Positions 15,165 through 29,576 of a stretch of DNA of 64,000 bases are shown here, piece by piece. Location: positions 9,218,283-9,282,282 of the forward strand of contig OZ316892.1 of assembly GCA_973895155.1 (NCBI GenBank), in the 5' to 3' direction. The notes beneath the pieces were generated by a model, which made no database searches, had not been told where the DNA came from, and worked only from the letters and a program-made list of their open reading frames with translations. How positions within the stretch are numbered: position 1 is the first letter of the stretch; each line of letters begins with the position of its first letter. The stretch is from Marsupella aquatica. Lineage: Eukaryota; Plantae; Marchantiophyta. A program made the translations under genes and the position numbers.

Positions 15165-16333
15165 GAATCACTCGTCGTAATCTTAGAACCACGTGTGAAC
15201 AAATGAAGGGTATTTAAAATCTCACCCAATTAATAATAATAATCACAAATGTGTACCGAAGACTATTTTTTAACTCCTTATCTCATGTTATAATTGAAAG
15301 AAGAGATTTTTTATTTGATCCAAAAACATATTTTTAGTTCTATGCAAGGGTATTACCACATAGTGTATGCCACATGTCACCAACAGATTGGTCCACATGT
15401 CACTTGCTTAGTGGAGGTCATGTATTATTTAGTAGTTTAATTTTTTACAATATATAGTATTGGTGGTTAAGTTTGAAGTAAATGTTGAGGGTTTGGGAAA
15501 TGGGGAGGAGCCAAAGAGGATTCATTTGGGCATGGGGCGCAAGTTAGGGGTTTTGGGCCGGTTGAGAGAGAAACAAGAGGGGCTGGATTGAGAACACCCC
15601 AGGGGCAAACTTAGACAGGTCTAGAGGGAATGGTGCAGAAACGCAAGGGAGGGGGAGGAAAGTACAGATGCAACTCTAGCCTAGTGTGCAATAAAGAATG
15701 TTGCATGGGCAGTGATGTCATTGAATTGGCTGGGGGGTCTCACTATATGAAAGCCTCCCTATCACCTGTGATGTTTTTAGGCCTTGGAGCCCCTAAAATG
15801 AAAGAAAAATTATTTTTTCAGCCTCTATAAAGTTGGAATATTCCAAAAATTTGGTTAGAAGGACCCTAATGTTCTTATAAATCTCAAAATTGGATTTTAA
15901 AAGACCCTATTGTTCTTCTGGTAAAATTTTAAGTCTTCATTTGAAACCAATTAAATCGCCCTATCCTTTGTTGCACATGATGTGCCATTGTTGTGGAAGT
16001 GAAACCCCCAAGGTCGTGGGCAACGAATGGTGTTCTCATCGAGTTTTTGTAATGTAGTGTGCCTGGGTACATCACATGGTTACTCCATAGTCACAATTGC
16101 AAGAACTAAAAGTGTGCACTTGATCGCGTTTTAGTATTGTGTACGCAATACTTTACAATGAGTTTCCAAAATACTTATAAATGACTCAAGGGTGTTTTTC
16201 ATATATTGAAAATTATTTATTATATTTTTCAACGGTCTTTTAAATTTGCCATATGACAATTAATAAGGGGTATGTAACATGTAAGTGTTCACAAGGGTAT
16301 TAGGAGTTTTAGGCTAAGTGATTGCCTAGGGGT
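15165..16333. mobile_element. MITE family B copy, interrupted by later insertions
   Basis: About 15165-15480 and 16095-16333 match the two halves of 25390-25943. Confidence 0.6.
15730..16012. mobile_element. MITE family A copy 1 (opposite orientation to copies 2 and 3)
   Basis: TIRs CTGGGGGGTCTCACT / AGTGAAACCCCCAAG. The body is the reverse complement of 23572-23867 and 27524-27798. No TSD seen. Confidence 0.75.
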
Positions 16334-17043
16334 GAGTCCTAATCTTTGACTGTGCTCTCCATCTCGCTTTCCATAACAATTTTCAAATATTGCGCTTGTA
16401 AATTATGGATATGTACTACCCTGGACATGATGCACACTAGACCAAGAGTTAACTTGGCTTCCTCCTTTTCAATCTTTGCAGCCCCGTTTGGAGCCAGATA
16501 GAAGCTGATGATGCCAATGTCCGCAACTGGTAATTAACTCCTTGGCCATGCTCAAGGTTAATATGAGGGTTAGTGTGTTGGACAGAATTAAGTGTGGCTT
16601 GTGTGAATGAGCTAAAAGGTACCCTAAGCACATTATTGAGTTGCAATTTATGACACCACCTCATTGATATGAATCACCATACAGCAGGAATTGAATAGAT
16701 CTTAATTAGCCCATCTAAGAACAGAGAGCCTAAGTTGTAGAATTAAAAGGTCCCAAACGAGGATGATTGCTAATATTTACAAATTACACCTTTCAATGTA
16801 AGTTCTAATTTTGAAAATCTCCTAGTTTTTTACAATTTCAGAGAATGTTTTTGATATTATTGGTAACAAGAGTAAAACCAAACTTAGTTTATAGATATCT
16901 AAATTTTTAATAATTACACTCAGTCACCTTTTCAGATCATATAAAAATGTAAAATCCTGCCTATTATACAAAAAGTTACCTACCAGGGATTCAGAGTTCA
17001 GACTTCTTCTTTAATTAGCTTCATGTGAATGGTTATTTTTTAA

Positions 17044-17802
17044 ACCACGCATCGGGGTATTTAAAGCAGCAAGGGACTGTACGGCCATAAATGCTGGGCA
17101 CGGCGCAGGGAAATCCAGGATCGGGGCAGGAGAGATGGTTCACAACTCCAAACTTCATTAAATTTTATTGCAAAAACTATTTACTCATTTTCGAAACTAA
17201 AAACACCCAACTGTAGATCTTATCGAGATCTCTTTTTTGCACCCTAGATCGCCTTCTAACGTGGACGGACAAGATTTTAAGATGCAGTAAACAATGAACG
17301 GCAGAGATTGCAAAATCAATGAATCGACGGCCAGGAGCGCTTAGATTTGTTTTATTTTTAATTTGAGAAATATAAACCCATTTACAAAACGGAAAAAACC
17401 CATCCATAGATCTCCTCGAGGTCTTTCTTTTGAGCCATAGATTGACCAATATGATAGACGGATGAGATTTGTGGAGGCAAAACAATCAGACGGCTTAGAT
17501 CAATATTCCCCCCGAAATTCAAATTTTGAATCTAGCCAATCAGAGCGCACCATTCGTTTTTCTATCATTTCTCCTGAAATAATAAACCATTTTGTGTGAG
17601 ATTTTTTGGAGACGTAGATCTCAACAAGACCTACAATTTGAGCCATAGATCACATCCTATGGCTGAGGGTAGGCGCAGCTATGAGCGTCGATCGGACGGT
17701 GGAGGGCAGGCGTTGCTGCGTAGCCTGTCTTTTTGCTGTATGGAATACACTTCGTATGGGGACTCCGCGTTACGCGGAGCCCCTTATACTCGGATGCGTG
17801 GT
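17044..17802. mobile_element. TTAA-flanked non-autonomous TIR element (759 bp)
   Basis: ACCACGCATC(G/C)G(G/A)GTAT inverted termini with TTAA at 17040-17043 and 17803-17806. Internal AGCCATAGAT repeats and a GC hairpin at 17758-17783. Confidence 0.7.
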
Positions 17803-19033
17803 TTAACCAAAACTTACATCATTCATGAAGATCCGCATGGATGAGACAAGCAAGGCAAGTACCCTGGCTACTGCTGAAATGAACCTTACCCCGACAGATC
17901 AGATCGGTGTTTCACAATTTGGGACTCTTGGTGGTAAAGAACAATGATGGCTTTGCTGGCCTTCCGGCCAAGAGTCACGTGAACCTAGAGTTTTGTACGT
18001 GGCACTGTCCCACTGGAAGAAGTTTTGGGGCTCTCCGGCCGGGGTTTTGACTCCCGGGCCTCCTTAACGAAATACGTGGAAGCCAAGCCTTGTGCGTCCC
18101 CTTCACTCATCAAGCCCTTAATTTCAATCCACTCATGACAGTGGAGATATTGAAGTACTGGAGTTGGACATGGATATATCCCAAGAAATTAACAAGCTGG
18201 CCAATTCAACGGTACCACGTTTCGGGGGGATCTCATAAGCGTATACTGATCTTGCCCTAATCCCCACTCTAGTGGCAGATTGGACCTATACAATCTTCCC
18301 CGAAAAAAAACTCCGAGCAGAGGCTACCATGCCACCTGTCCTGAGCACCTGTCATCCTAGTCACTAAGCTAGCCGGTGATATCATCCTTTCTCCACCCTG
18401 GGGTATCGGAGTGACTTACATGTCTGGCCGTGCTTTCCCCCACTGTCCCTTCTAGAGCGGGAACTGTAAACCCTCGATCCACTTGCCACCCCCTTTCACT
18501 CCCCTATCTGTTAATAACCCAAAATATAACCAGTAAAAGGCCCGGTAAGATCGAGGCCACCACCTGTAGTACGTTCTAGTCACAGCCAGCCGATGGTATC
18601 CTTTGGCAAGGAGCGCTGGATCTGAACGGGTATGACCATTCTTCCATCTGGATCCTTAATCACAAGCCTTCACTTGTAAGCGCGCCCCTTTCACTCAACC
18701 GGGTCAATTAGTTGGTGATCGAGCTGGCATCAGCTGTTCCTTGCGCTGACAGCTGAACGCCATGTTGGACTGCTCAGAATGTGCGAAACCAGTCAGCTTG
18801 CCCATATCCAAACTTCCTGCCTGTGAGACTCCTGCATATAAATAGATACTCACTACCTAGCATTGGTCTGCAGATCGACAGTCTTTTGATTTCTTCGATC
18901 TCTCACCCTGTCTCTTAGATTCTCTCGGCACCTCTGTCTCTTTGGTTTCTTACGCAGTGCCATTCCTTCTTATTGTTAAACTTGGCAATACTTTGAAGTT
19001 TTTGCTCCTCTCTGCAGACACAGCGAAGGCACC

Positions 19034-20095
19034 ATGGCGAAATCAGGATATGCATCTCTCTGCCTCCCCCTGGTTCTGGCAACCTTTGCACAATGTGTGC
19101 TGGGGCAGATCGGATATACCTATGTCCACAACAGTGCTAGTTTCGACATTACACATACGAAACAGGTTACACACGCCGACGGCTCTACCACAATGATCGC
19201 CGATTCTACACTGGCGCAGGGCACCACGGAAGTGTTCCAAATTCCTTTGGACGTGACATGTGTTAGCACTTCGTGAGTTAGCTTAACTTCTCATCTTTGG
19301 TCCTTGTGTATTCATTTCACACCATTTACGAAACCTCCAATCTCGATCCCGATCTCGATTGACAGAGATACTGTCACTTTGCCTGAGAGTTATTCTTATC
19401 CCTTATTTTGTTGGTTCTTCTCCTTGTGTATTTATTTCACATCATTGACAGCCATTATATATAACTATTGACAGTGGCATTTTCACTTTGCCTGATTCGG
19501 CAATACTGCTTGAACTGACCTTTTCACCAATCAGTGTACTAACGGTCAAGTCTGCGCTTCTGCTCTGATTCTCAGTTGCGGCCTGACAGATGCTTGTTTC
19601 CTTGAACGTACTTGCAGATGGACTAGCTAGCTGATCGAGTCCTGTACGTCATTTCTGTCATGAATTTAAACCCTGTTGTATTGATATATATAAAACTTAT
19701 ATATCAATACGACGGTTCAATGAATACCACTAGCACGACCATTAGAGCATCCAACGACTGTTATCCTGGGATTTTTAAAAAGAATGTAAACTATCTGGAT
19801 AGAATCATTCTCACAGTGTTGTGTAGCCTCTAGATTTTTCATGCATCATCGTCTACCATTCATTCAATCTATACCTTGCTTGACATGTCCCTTGAACTGA
19901 TGGTGCAGGTATTTGCAGCTCCCTGCCAAAAACGTCGGTCAGGTCGTCCTCGATTGGTGCGAAACAGGCATGCCAGTTGCTTGTTTGCCAGATTGTTTCT
20001 GGATAATCGATGAAACCGGATTCTCAGTTACAAATAATAAATATGGCACCCTGCTATTTGTGGCTGGTTGGAAGGAGATGGATGAGCACCTTTAG
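19034..20095 (+). CDS. Small secreted protein, SPH/S1-homolog-like, copy A; exons 19034-19272 and 19909-20095 (141 aa)
   Basis: Signal-peptide-like N-terminus, GT-AG phase-2 intron, C-terminal C-x3-C-F-W-I-I-x3-G...W pattern, and TATA (CATATAAATA) near 18836. The family assignment is tentative. Confidence 0.8.
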
Positions 20096-23000
20096 TTGTG
20101 CTCTAAGAAGGAAACACGGGCGCCTACTTTAAATGCATACTGATTGGTTAGTAGGACGTACGGTGTCGATCAGCTGATGTGATCGATAATCATATGGAAA
20201 TAGGCCCTAGGTTTTCTTAGATAGGTTGTGTATGAGCCCGGGTGTATGAGTTAGAAATAAGACATCTGAGCTAAGAAGAGTTCTTGAATCGATCTGTTTT
20301 ATCATTAATTACTTAATAAAATCTAGTTCAGAGTTCTACAATAAAGCAATCATTCCAGTGAATGTAGGACTTCTATCTCGCGATTTGTTATCAGATCACC
20401 CAACAGATCTTGGGTAAGCACTTAACGTCTAGTTGCTGCAACTGACATGTTTCTCTCTTGCCATGCTTAATTTCTTGGTGTATGTCTCGCATTGACATAG
20501 TCGACACCACATTCCGATTCCCCGTTTGACACCCCGGTTGATATGAAATCTAATTAATCCCTTAACTGATATTACCATGCATGTATGCCGCGCCGTCTAT
20601 TGCATGCCCGAAGTTGCTATATGCCTTATGGCTTCATATGCGCGGATCCTAAGCGAAGCATTTTGGGCTGGATTTTGGGGAGATCTCTTCAGAAGAGCCA
20701 AAAACCCTCAGCAACTCTACTTAGCATTCATCCAAGCTGGTCCACTGGATTGTAGGCTTCATGTTAGGGAGCTTGAGGGCTGACATAGGATGTTGCAGCA
20801 CGTGGTGAGTTTTGGTGGTTTGACTAAACAATGTTGCGTCTCAATTGCATTGGTGAGCGTTCAAGTACTCTTAGAAATTTCCTACCTGTAATTGGGCACC
20901 ACCTCACATTTGAATTCAATTTTAACCATGCACACCACCCTCGATCAATTCTGAGTGCATCGAATTTGATAATGCTTTGCTTGGGCAGTGAACCCTATCT
21001 TTTGATGGCCATTCAAAATTGACAAATTAAACTGACACATAAATCAGGCCTGCGCGCCTCAGCTAGGAGGAGGTACGTTCAGCTACACATTAAATTAAAC
21101 TCTAGCTAGCTAACTCTATCATATGATGGCATGGGTCAACTTGAGGGCCGTAAACTAATATAACCAGATCCGTCTTGTCACGATCCCACATGAGCTCTAT
21201 GCTGCGGCGCGGATGCTTCTAACACCAAACTTCAAAATGAGTTCCATCTCCCCTTGGGGAGTGGGTCTGCCAACTATAGATAGCCGGGACTATAGCCAAA
21301 ACAATATTCGACTAAAATCTCACTAAACTTTAAGATATGCAGGGCACACATGGCAGCCTAATCCTATCTTAGAAAGAGTGGTGTCGTTGATCACCCTGAA
21401 AACCCTTAATTTGCACTAACATTGAACCTCTTGGATCCATAACATTAATTGTAACTGTTCTCTTGCTGTCTGCCGCGCGATCCTCCAGCTTCACATAATT
21501 AACGTACCGCGAAAATGAGCACCAAAACGAAACTGCTCACAAACTACTCCTGGGACCATGATCGGAAGGGGACCACTCTTCTGACAGTGGCATCAGTGAA
21601 AAGGTTTTGTCAAACAAAGCTTAGTAACTTAGATGTTCCAAGAGCCCGCAATCCCTGCCACCATCTGTCCAGACTGCTGAGGGTATATAGAGGTATGCTC
21701 TCCCATGTTTTAATTCACGTGATGGACATGCGAGGATGATGGAGACTGGAGACGCTTCAGCTTGTGTGCTAGGCCCTTACAAAAAACAAGCAGGGAAATG
21801 CTGAGGGGAGCTAATTGTATTCCAAGGTCTTAAAAACCCCCGGAACTTGTTGCATTCTGGATCTCAAACTGCTTGGTGTTATACTCTTTGGTATACATGG
21901 GCCTTTTAGTTCCCCCAGGTCACCCAACTACCTTGGTGGCTGCCATAGACCTACTGAAAGTTGCTCTCATGTAGGTCGTTTAGACGGGCTCCGCTGCGCG
22001 GCCTCCTAACTCCACCACCCAGCCGCCACCTCCACCTGGCAGGTCTATCTGGTCACCTGGTCTATGCTTCTGCTCACGCTTCAGAGACCCATCTTACCAC
22101 AACTACGTACAAAATATTAAACATTAAAATTAAATCTTAGCCAGTAATATTACTTCTGGACGGCCATCACCTAACTCCCAGAATCCATTAGAACCCCTCA
22201 TACATGTGCGCAGATTAAACTTGAATCCTCCGTAGCCTGGCTTTAATTCTGTACAAAGTTTAGGGTTTACCAATTACTACTTACTTTAACTTCGGGCTTT
22301 GGGAACGGGGTCCCATTTCACAAGATGTCCTCCCTAAGTACGGACCCACAATCAAATTAAATGAACTTTGCTAAGAAGAAGTGGAGGAAGTATACAGAAC
22401 TCTGTTTAATGAACCGCCAATGACGCATAACGAGGAAATGTCAACGGCCGAGCTAGATCCCCACCTGGATCAGAGAGGTCTTGCATCTGGGCGCCCCTTT
22501 AGTTTCCTGCTCTCAATTGAAGGATTGACAGTCTTACATTGAATGAGATTTTTATGCCTACCTTTTCCTTAGGCAGGCTTCACAAGGCAAAACTGTCACA
22601 TGCCCCTGGTAGGAAATCAAATTTATACTATCTAGTGTGACTTTTACCTACCTTGATATTGGTATTCTTAAATCCTACTTTAAAAAAAGACAACCCTAGA
22701 GAATTTGTATTTTCCTTTGGTAATAAGTGGGGTTCTGCCAATTCACTTGTGTTCAAACAGGAATTTTTAGACTTACTTACAAACACTAAAACTGCCCACA
22801 AATTTCAACCAGAGCATCAGTTTGGGCTACAAAAATGGTGTCAATGAATTCCAAATGGGTAATTATAGTGATGCATGAATCATTACCTAATAAAACCAAT
22901 CTACAGTAAGCAATACAGGTTCCTGCCGGGTTCTTGTTCCTCTTAAAAGTCCCGGCCCAAAGACATCCACTACCTCGTGAATTACTACATAGCATTCTGG

Positions 23001-23194
23001 AAAATTTTCCTAGCCTGCAGCAATATTGGGGCGTTCCACTTTAAATCACAACTAGAAGAAACTCCTTATTTCAAAAGTAAGAATGTGTGCAATTCTACCA
23101 CATTGGGCATTCTCCTACTTCTTTGTTAATTAAAATGATGGGAGAAATCTCAACAAAATGGGAGTATGTCCCCCATGGGAAGGCGACAGATTTA

Positions 23195-23505
23195 AGGTGA
23201 GTGTACCATTTTGGGTGAAGGCATGTTAATATGAGGGTGGGGTACCATTTTGGGTTCAGAAGGCATGTTAATATGGGCAAGGGATACCATTTGGTGTCAA
23301 GAGATGTTAATATGTATGGGGGTGGGGTACGATTTTGGGTGTAGGCATGTTAATACAAGGGCAGGGTACCATTTTGGGGCATGTCAAAAAGCGCAAGGTG
23401 TACCATTTGGTGTCAACTCTACCTTATATGAGGGGGGTACCATTTTGTGTCAAGTTTACCTTAATATTCATGACGGCGGGGTACAATTTGATGTGAAGTT
23501 ATCCT
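23195..23505. repeat. Degenerate minisatellite, about 39-bp unit, about 8 copies
   Basis: Recurring GGGGTACCATTTTGGG...CATGTTAATATG unit. Confidence 0.8.
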
Positions 23506-23571
23506 AATCTGTGCAAGTGTAATTGTTCAAATTGAGTCAACTTGTATTTTTCAACTATGGCTTCATATGAG

Positions 23572-23867
23572 CTCGGGGGTTTCACTTCCACAAAAATGGC
23601 ATATCACGTGCGACGAAGGATAGGGTCATTTTATTGGTTCTAAGGGAAGACTTAAGAATTTTTGTAGAAGAACAATAGGGTCTTTTAAATTCAATTTTGA
23701 GACTTATAAGAACATTAGGGTCTTTTTAATCCAATTTTTAGAATATTCCAAGAATATTCCAACTTTATAGGGGTTAAAAAATAAATTTTTTTCTTACATT
23801 TTAGGGGGTCCGAGGCCTAAAAACGTCGCAGGCGATGGGGAGGTCCCCATATAGTGAGACCCCTGAG
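23572..23867. mobile_element. MITE family A copy 2 with 8-bp TSD (hAT-like)
   Basis: TIRs CTCGGGGGTTTCACT / AGTGAGACCCCTGAG. Perfect TSD CATATGAG at 23564-23571 and 23868-23875. Confidence 0.88.
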
Positions 23868-25389
23868 CATATGAGGACAGGTAATGTTAGACAGTGTTTG
23901 GGCTGGGCTAGTTAATGTACTTTGCTTTCAATGTATTAGGCAACAAACTGACAGGCATGTTAAATACACTGACTGTTGCAGGTCACATGCCTTATTCCAT
24001 GCCGTCAAGTGCACTCTTGGTGGACCAACACAGATTATGTTCAAGGTGTTCGTGGAGAACATCATACCTGATTTGCTCTTCAGCAAGGTCAGGCCAGAGT
24101 GTGTTGCGTGCTCTTTTGTGTATAGTTTGCTATGATGCTGACTGAACTAAAGGCCCGACCAAAGGAACGATGTTTGTGTCAATACAAATGTTTGCGCCTA
24201 CAGAATGGGTTTGATTTCATCAGCCCAAGAACCCAATAACAACATGCAAAGCTTGGCAAGGTCATTCGTGCAAAGTTTATCGTGGATTGCGACAACGTAC
24301 TTTGATGGTCATGGCGAATCACTTCAAGAGCCAATGGTGCACATGCAACCTTGGGTAATGCACAGACCCAATTGTGCCAACAGCAATAATGGAGGAATAT
24401 ATAGACGTGCAATAGCGCTATACAGAGCCCTTACATGAGGAGACGGTCTGAATTCTAATATGGGAATTGAACAAACGCGCAACGTGCCAAATTACATGGA
24501 TGTGGATGCGATTAGTGGTACGCTTCCCATACAGTATATGATACACATTTGGCCACAAATCAATTTGAACCGTGGAGACTGCATGAGCTAACTGGATTTT
24601 GTTTAAGCAAGGACCTGGTGTATGATATACAATGCATATCCTTGCCTTGTGACTTTTCAAAATACTCTGAACTTCTAATTAGCAGTATTCCTCATGCAGA
24701 CTAATAAAAAATTGAAAATACCTTGAATACACATGATCCTCCAAACTGGATCGCTGGATTCACTTTTTCCGATGAACTCCAAAAATGCAATATGAATATG
24801 ACAATGGATCCTTGCATCTATTTTTTCTGACCGACTCCAAAAATACCTTTCAACAGAATCACACCTTGCCTTAGATTTGACCATAGTTGATTAGGGATAA
24901 CCACAGTTGTACAACATATTGGAATGACCACATGGATGGGCGATGTAAATTTTGTACGTTTCCACAGGTTTGGGCTTTTTGAGCGTCCAAATGCCCAGTT
25001 GTTATTTTCTTTGATTTTTTTCTATCATAAGGGCCTTTTCTGGGGCTTTTTCCTCAGGATTGCCCCCTCAAGAATCACTTACTTAGAGTAAAGCCTCTAA
25101 AACACGTAAGAACAAACCAATGAAATCTGAAAAACATTAAATAAAAAAATTCAATTAAAAATACACTTGTAACCTTTATTATATGACTTTGACAAATTCT
25201 TAAATACCTTGCTGAATAAAAAAACTAATATTTTAACCAAAATTGGATTTTTAAATGGCTTTAGTATAGTTTTTTATTATAATTATTATTTTGACAGGAT
25301 TAAAAATAATCTTCATTTGTTTGCACCCCATTCTAATAATCCAACAAGTGATATTCCATAGAGAATGCCAAATCCATATTGGACCATTC

Positions 25390-25943
25390 CCCTGGGGAAT
25401 CACTCGTTGGATTCTTAGAAGCACGTGCAAACAAATGAAAGTGCAAATTAAATGAAGGGTATTTAAAATCTTACCCAATTAATAATCATAATCACAAATT
25501 TGTAATGAAGGTGATTTTCTAACTTCCTATTTCATTTTATAATTACACTAAGGCTTTTTTATTTGGGCCAAAGTATTATTTTTATTTATATATGCACGGG
25601 TATTACCACATAGTGTATGCCATGCATCATTTACTTAGTGTAGGTCATGTATTAGTAGTTTAATATTTTTACAATGATATTGACAATTAAGCAAGAACTA
25701 TACATGTGCACTTGATTATGTCTTAGTATTATATACTTTATAAAAACACAAGGGGTTTTATAATGAGTTTCCAAAGTACTTAAAAATGACTCAAGGGCTG
25801 GGTGTTTTTAATATATTGAAAACTATTTAGTATATTTTTCAAGGGTCTTTTAAATTTGTCATAATTATGAAAATTAATAAGGGGTATATAACATATAAGT
25901 GTTCACAGGGGTATTAGTAGTTTAGTCTAAGTGATTCCCTAAG
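25390..25943. mobile_element. MITE family B with 8-bp TSD (hAT-like)
   Basis: TIRs CCCTGGGGAATCACT / AGTGATTCCCTAAG. TSD GACCATTC at 25382-25389 and 25944-25951. Confidence 0.82.
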
Positions 25944-27523
25944 GACCATTCTTTGCCTTAGAATTTTTTTTTGCGACTGGAAAAATGATGTGTGTTTACA
26001 CTTTTATTTGATCAGTGTGCTGGAGGTGCATTAAGAAAGATATGGCCCAATTAGTTTGACGGGTAAGCTTGTAACTGGGACTAGCGGGTTTGGCTTTGGG
26101 TTTGGGTTTGGTGTTCTCCACGACTTAGCTTAGGTGATTATGGCTATCAATGGCTTAGCATAAGGTAACATTGGACATGACTTGAAGTAGATCAGCTCAG
26201 CTTCAACTTCCCGGTGTTGAGCTTAGGCTGATCAACCCTGGGGTCAGGTTAGCCTGAACTGGGTTAGCCCGGTTAGCTCAGATTTGGGTTAGCTTGAACT
26301 GGGGCTTGGGTACCATACAGTAGCTCAGGTTTGGGCTCAACTTAGCCTAGGTTAGCAGGTTATTATGTTAGCGGCCATGAGTTAGCTCCACTCGGGTTAA
26401 GGTAGGATAGTTGGTTATTTAACTAGCTGAATTTGGGTTAGCTCGATAGTTTGTATCCCCTCTTGGTTATAGGGCATAACTTTGTCTGAATTTGACCAAA
26501 TTGGCTATAATTGAGCTCGTTGGAGAGAATACAAGAACTAGGTGAGAAGAAGAATATCTAAGTCTACACATGCCTCTTTCAAAATAATATACCAACTGCT
26601 TGAATGTTGACATGTAGCCCACTGAGATGATGACACATGGCACCACTTATTAAGGCCCCCTTCCAGAAATTTAATTTTGACCAATTGATAATATTCAATA
26701 TACACACTACATTACTTACCCCTAGGCCCTTAGTCTTAATATATATGTGGAGTATGTGCAAAATCTTGAAGACTTGTTTTTATAGATTTTGAACTAATAA
26801 TTATTAATATTATCGATATCAACAAGACATTCACTAATTTTACTTGGACCGAGGGCCAATGGTTACTTACACATCATGTTTACCATAAATATGTGGGTTG
26901 CATAGTTGCATTGTAACTAATTTCCAAAAATTCTCTCAAAATGAAAAAATGACCATCCACAATTTTTTATAGAAAACAGAAATAACCGGGGAAATAACAA
27001 GGGGTGAAAGGGATGCGGTCATGATCAATGGGGGTTTCACTTGGGGGTTAATTTACTAATTTTACTTGGTCAGGAGTGAGGGCCCACATGGGGTATCCTT
27101 GTTTTTGTCTCCCTATTGTTTCATCATACTCAATAAACTAATGTTGAATGTAGGCTGTACTCTATATGCTTTAATTAATCTTCTGTAGATTCTTTGGATG
27201 AAGTTTACTATAAAATTGTTTAAAGATTATAAATGATTTTATTGTCACATAAACAGTCCTATTGTCACATAAATAATCCCACGGCCCAGGAAACTGACAT
27301 CTGCTGGAATAAATCAGGACTATGGATTCAAATTGGTTTGTAAAGGGAAGATGCACTACTTTTGGCAGGATTCAATATTTTAGTGGTTGATGTATTAAGT
27401 TTATTAATTCAAAAGATGCAGGCTCACTGCCCAAGTCAACCCAATGCCATTGCCAACCCATTGAGAATTGAGGGTGGTAAGCATGGTGAAAATTGAATTT
27501 AAATTTGAGGAGGCATGCTACTC

Positions 27524-27798
27524 CTCGAGGGTTTCACTTTTACAAAAATGCCACATCACGTGCGACGAAGTATAGGGTCATTTTATTGGTTTAAAGGGAA
27601 GACTTAAAAAAATTTCTAAGAAAAACAATAGGGTCTTTCACATCAAATTTTGAGACTTGTAAGAACATTAGGGTCATTATAACCAAATTTTTGGAATATT
27701 CTAACTTTATAGGGGTTGAATTTTTTTTCTTACATTTTAGGGGGTCCGAGTTAACGTCATAGGTGATGGGGCGGCATCCATATAGTGAGACCCCCGAG
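27524..27798. mobile_element. MITE family A copy 3
   Basis: TIRs CTCGAGGGTTTCACT / AGTGAGACCCCCGAG. TSD TGCTACTC/TGTTACTC (7/8) at 27516-27523 and 27799-27806. Confidence 0.85.
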
Positions 27799-27837
27799 TG
27801 TTACTCATTGCAAGCTATCTAACTCACAACAACAATC

Positions 27838-28302
27838 CCCGGTACCCAACTCTTGTATAATAGGCAAGAGTTTATATTTTTATGTGGACTAACAGGTTCA
27901 CTATAAGAAAAAATAAATTTTGAAAAAATCTGGGTTTTCCATTTTTAAAAAGTTTGAAGTCATATAAAAGATTTGCTTTGCTTATTTTTCACATAAAATT
28001 AAAAATATCTCTAAACTTGTTGTGATTTTTATTGAAATATTTATTTATTTTAGTAAAAATAACAAAAAGCTGGCTAGTTTGGCTGTAGACCTCTGTATTA
28101 AAAAAAGTCATATAATCCGGTTTTTATCAAATTCTTCCATATGAAAACAAGTTCATTTTTTTAAGTTACATCATTGGATTCCTTGACTTGAGAAGTACAA
28201 GATTTTAGTAGACTAAAATGAACATTCACATGGTCAATTGGATATAAAGTCATTATAATTAATTATAAACTTGGCTTATAAGAATGGGAGTTGCATACCC
28301 GG
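27838..28302. mobile_element. Probable AT-rich hAT-like MITE; its right end recurs at about 30999-31088
   Basis: Imperfect inverted termini CCGGTACCCAACTC / GAGTTGCATACCCGG. About 90 bp is shared with 30999-31088, which ends GTTGCATACCCTG. Confidence 0.45.
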
Positions 28303-29576
28303 ACAAATGTCATAAAAAACAGCTAGTAATTTAAGTATAAGACATAAACCCTCACTAAACTACTGTTGTGTATACATCGATCTGCAGTCCGAATTGAAAG
28401 GTGATGATCTACCTACTAGATTGGGATGCTCAGACTTAGAGGACAGATTGTGACCGATTGACACGCTTCTATTAGCTGACACTGAAACTAAGTCAAAGAT
28501 CCATGATGACAAAAACAGCTAGGAAACGTCTAAGACATAAACCCTTACTAAGATACACTTGTGTGTACATCTAGCTATGTCCGGTCCAAAGGTGATGATG
28601 GTGATATCTAATAAATTGGGATAGTCAGATGAGGAAGTCCGTTTCCTTCAGGAGCATGGAGTGAATCCGGATAGTCTTGATGACACTGAAAGTGGAGTGG
28701 TTAGCGACGGTGACATAATTTTAGATTTGAACAAATTGTGACGGATTGACACATGCACTTCTATTAGTTGACATTGGAACTAAGCCAAAGATCCAGGATA
28801 ACAGCTTGAACAATTCAAGACAATTAATATCGATCAAACAGTGAAACTAGAGGGGACGTAGGATAATGTCCATGTCTGAGAAGATCTGCTTTTTTAGCTG
28901 ATTTTGACATTTTTATCAACTAAGCCTCATCCCACCAGAGTGGCTTAGAATGATTTATTTTCAGCTTAGAGCCGCCTTGCATGATGTAACTCCGTAGCAA
29001 ATTGGCCCTAAAACTCCCTTATTAACATGATCTATGCCTACAAACCAGTGGACAAACTCTTGATAAAATGCTAAGTAGAGTTGCTGAGTTTCTTGGCTCT
29101 TATGAAACGATTCGATTCCCTAGTGTAGGCCCAAGATGCTCCAGATCGACGTTTGGATCAGCATAAAGCCATGAGGCAAGTGAGATAGGGCGCGCAAGAT
29201 ACGGCATAATGGCAACATTAAGGGATCAGAGTTCGTATCAACCAGGGTGATCTGATGTCAAACGGGGGATCGGAATTTGTGGTGACTGAAATGTCAAGTG
29301 GGACACCACGAATGTCAAAGTGAGACACCACTATATAATGAAAGCATGCCAAGAGAGAAACAAATCAGTTGGAGCAAAGTTAAGACCTTAGCTAAGATCT
29401 ACCGGGTGATTCAAAACAAATCAAGATTTAGAAGTCTTACATCGACTAGAATGGCCGGTTGTTTTATTGTAAAAGTCTGAACTGTTCCTAGCTCAGATAC
29501 GATCGATCAGATTAACTGAAGCTATCTCCTAACCAATCCAGTATGCATATTAAAATGTTTTCGTCTTCGAGCACAA

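Noticed and set aside
23880-24960. Possible decayed transposase fragments
   Set aside because: Fragmentary frames without a diagnostic motif I can support.
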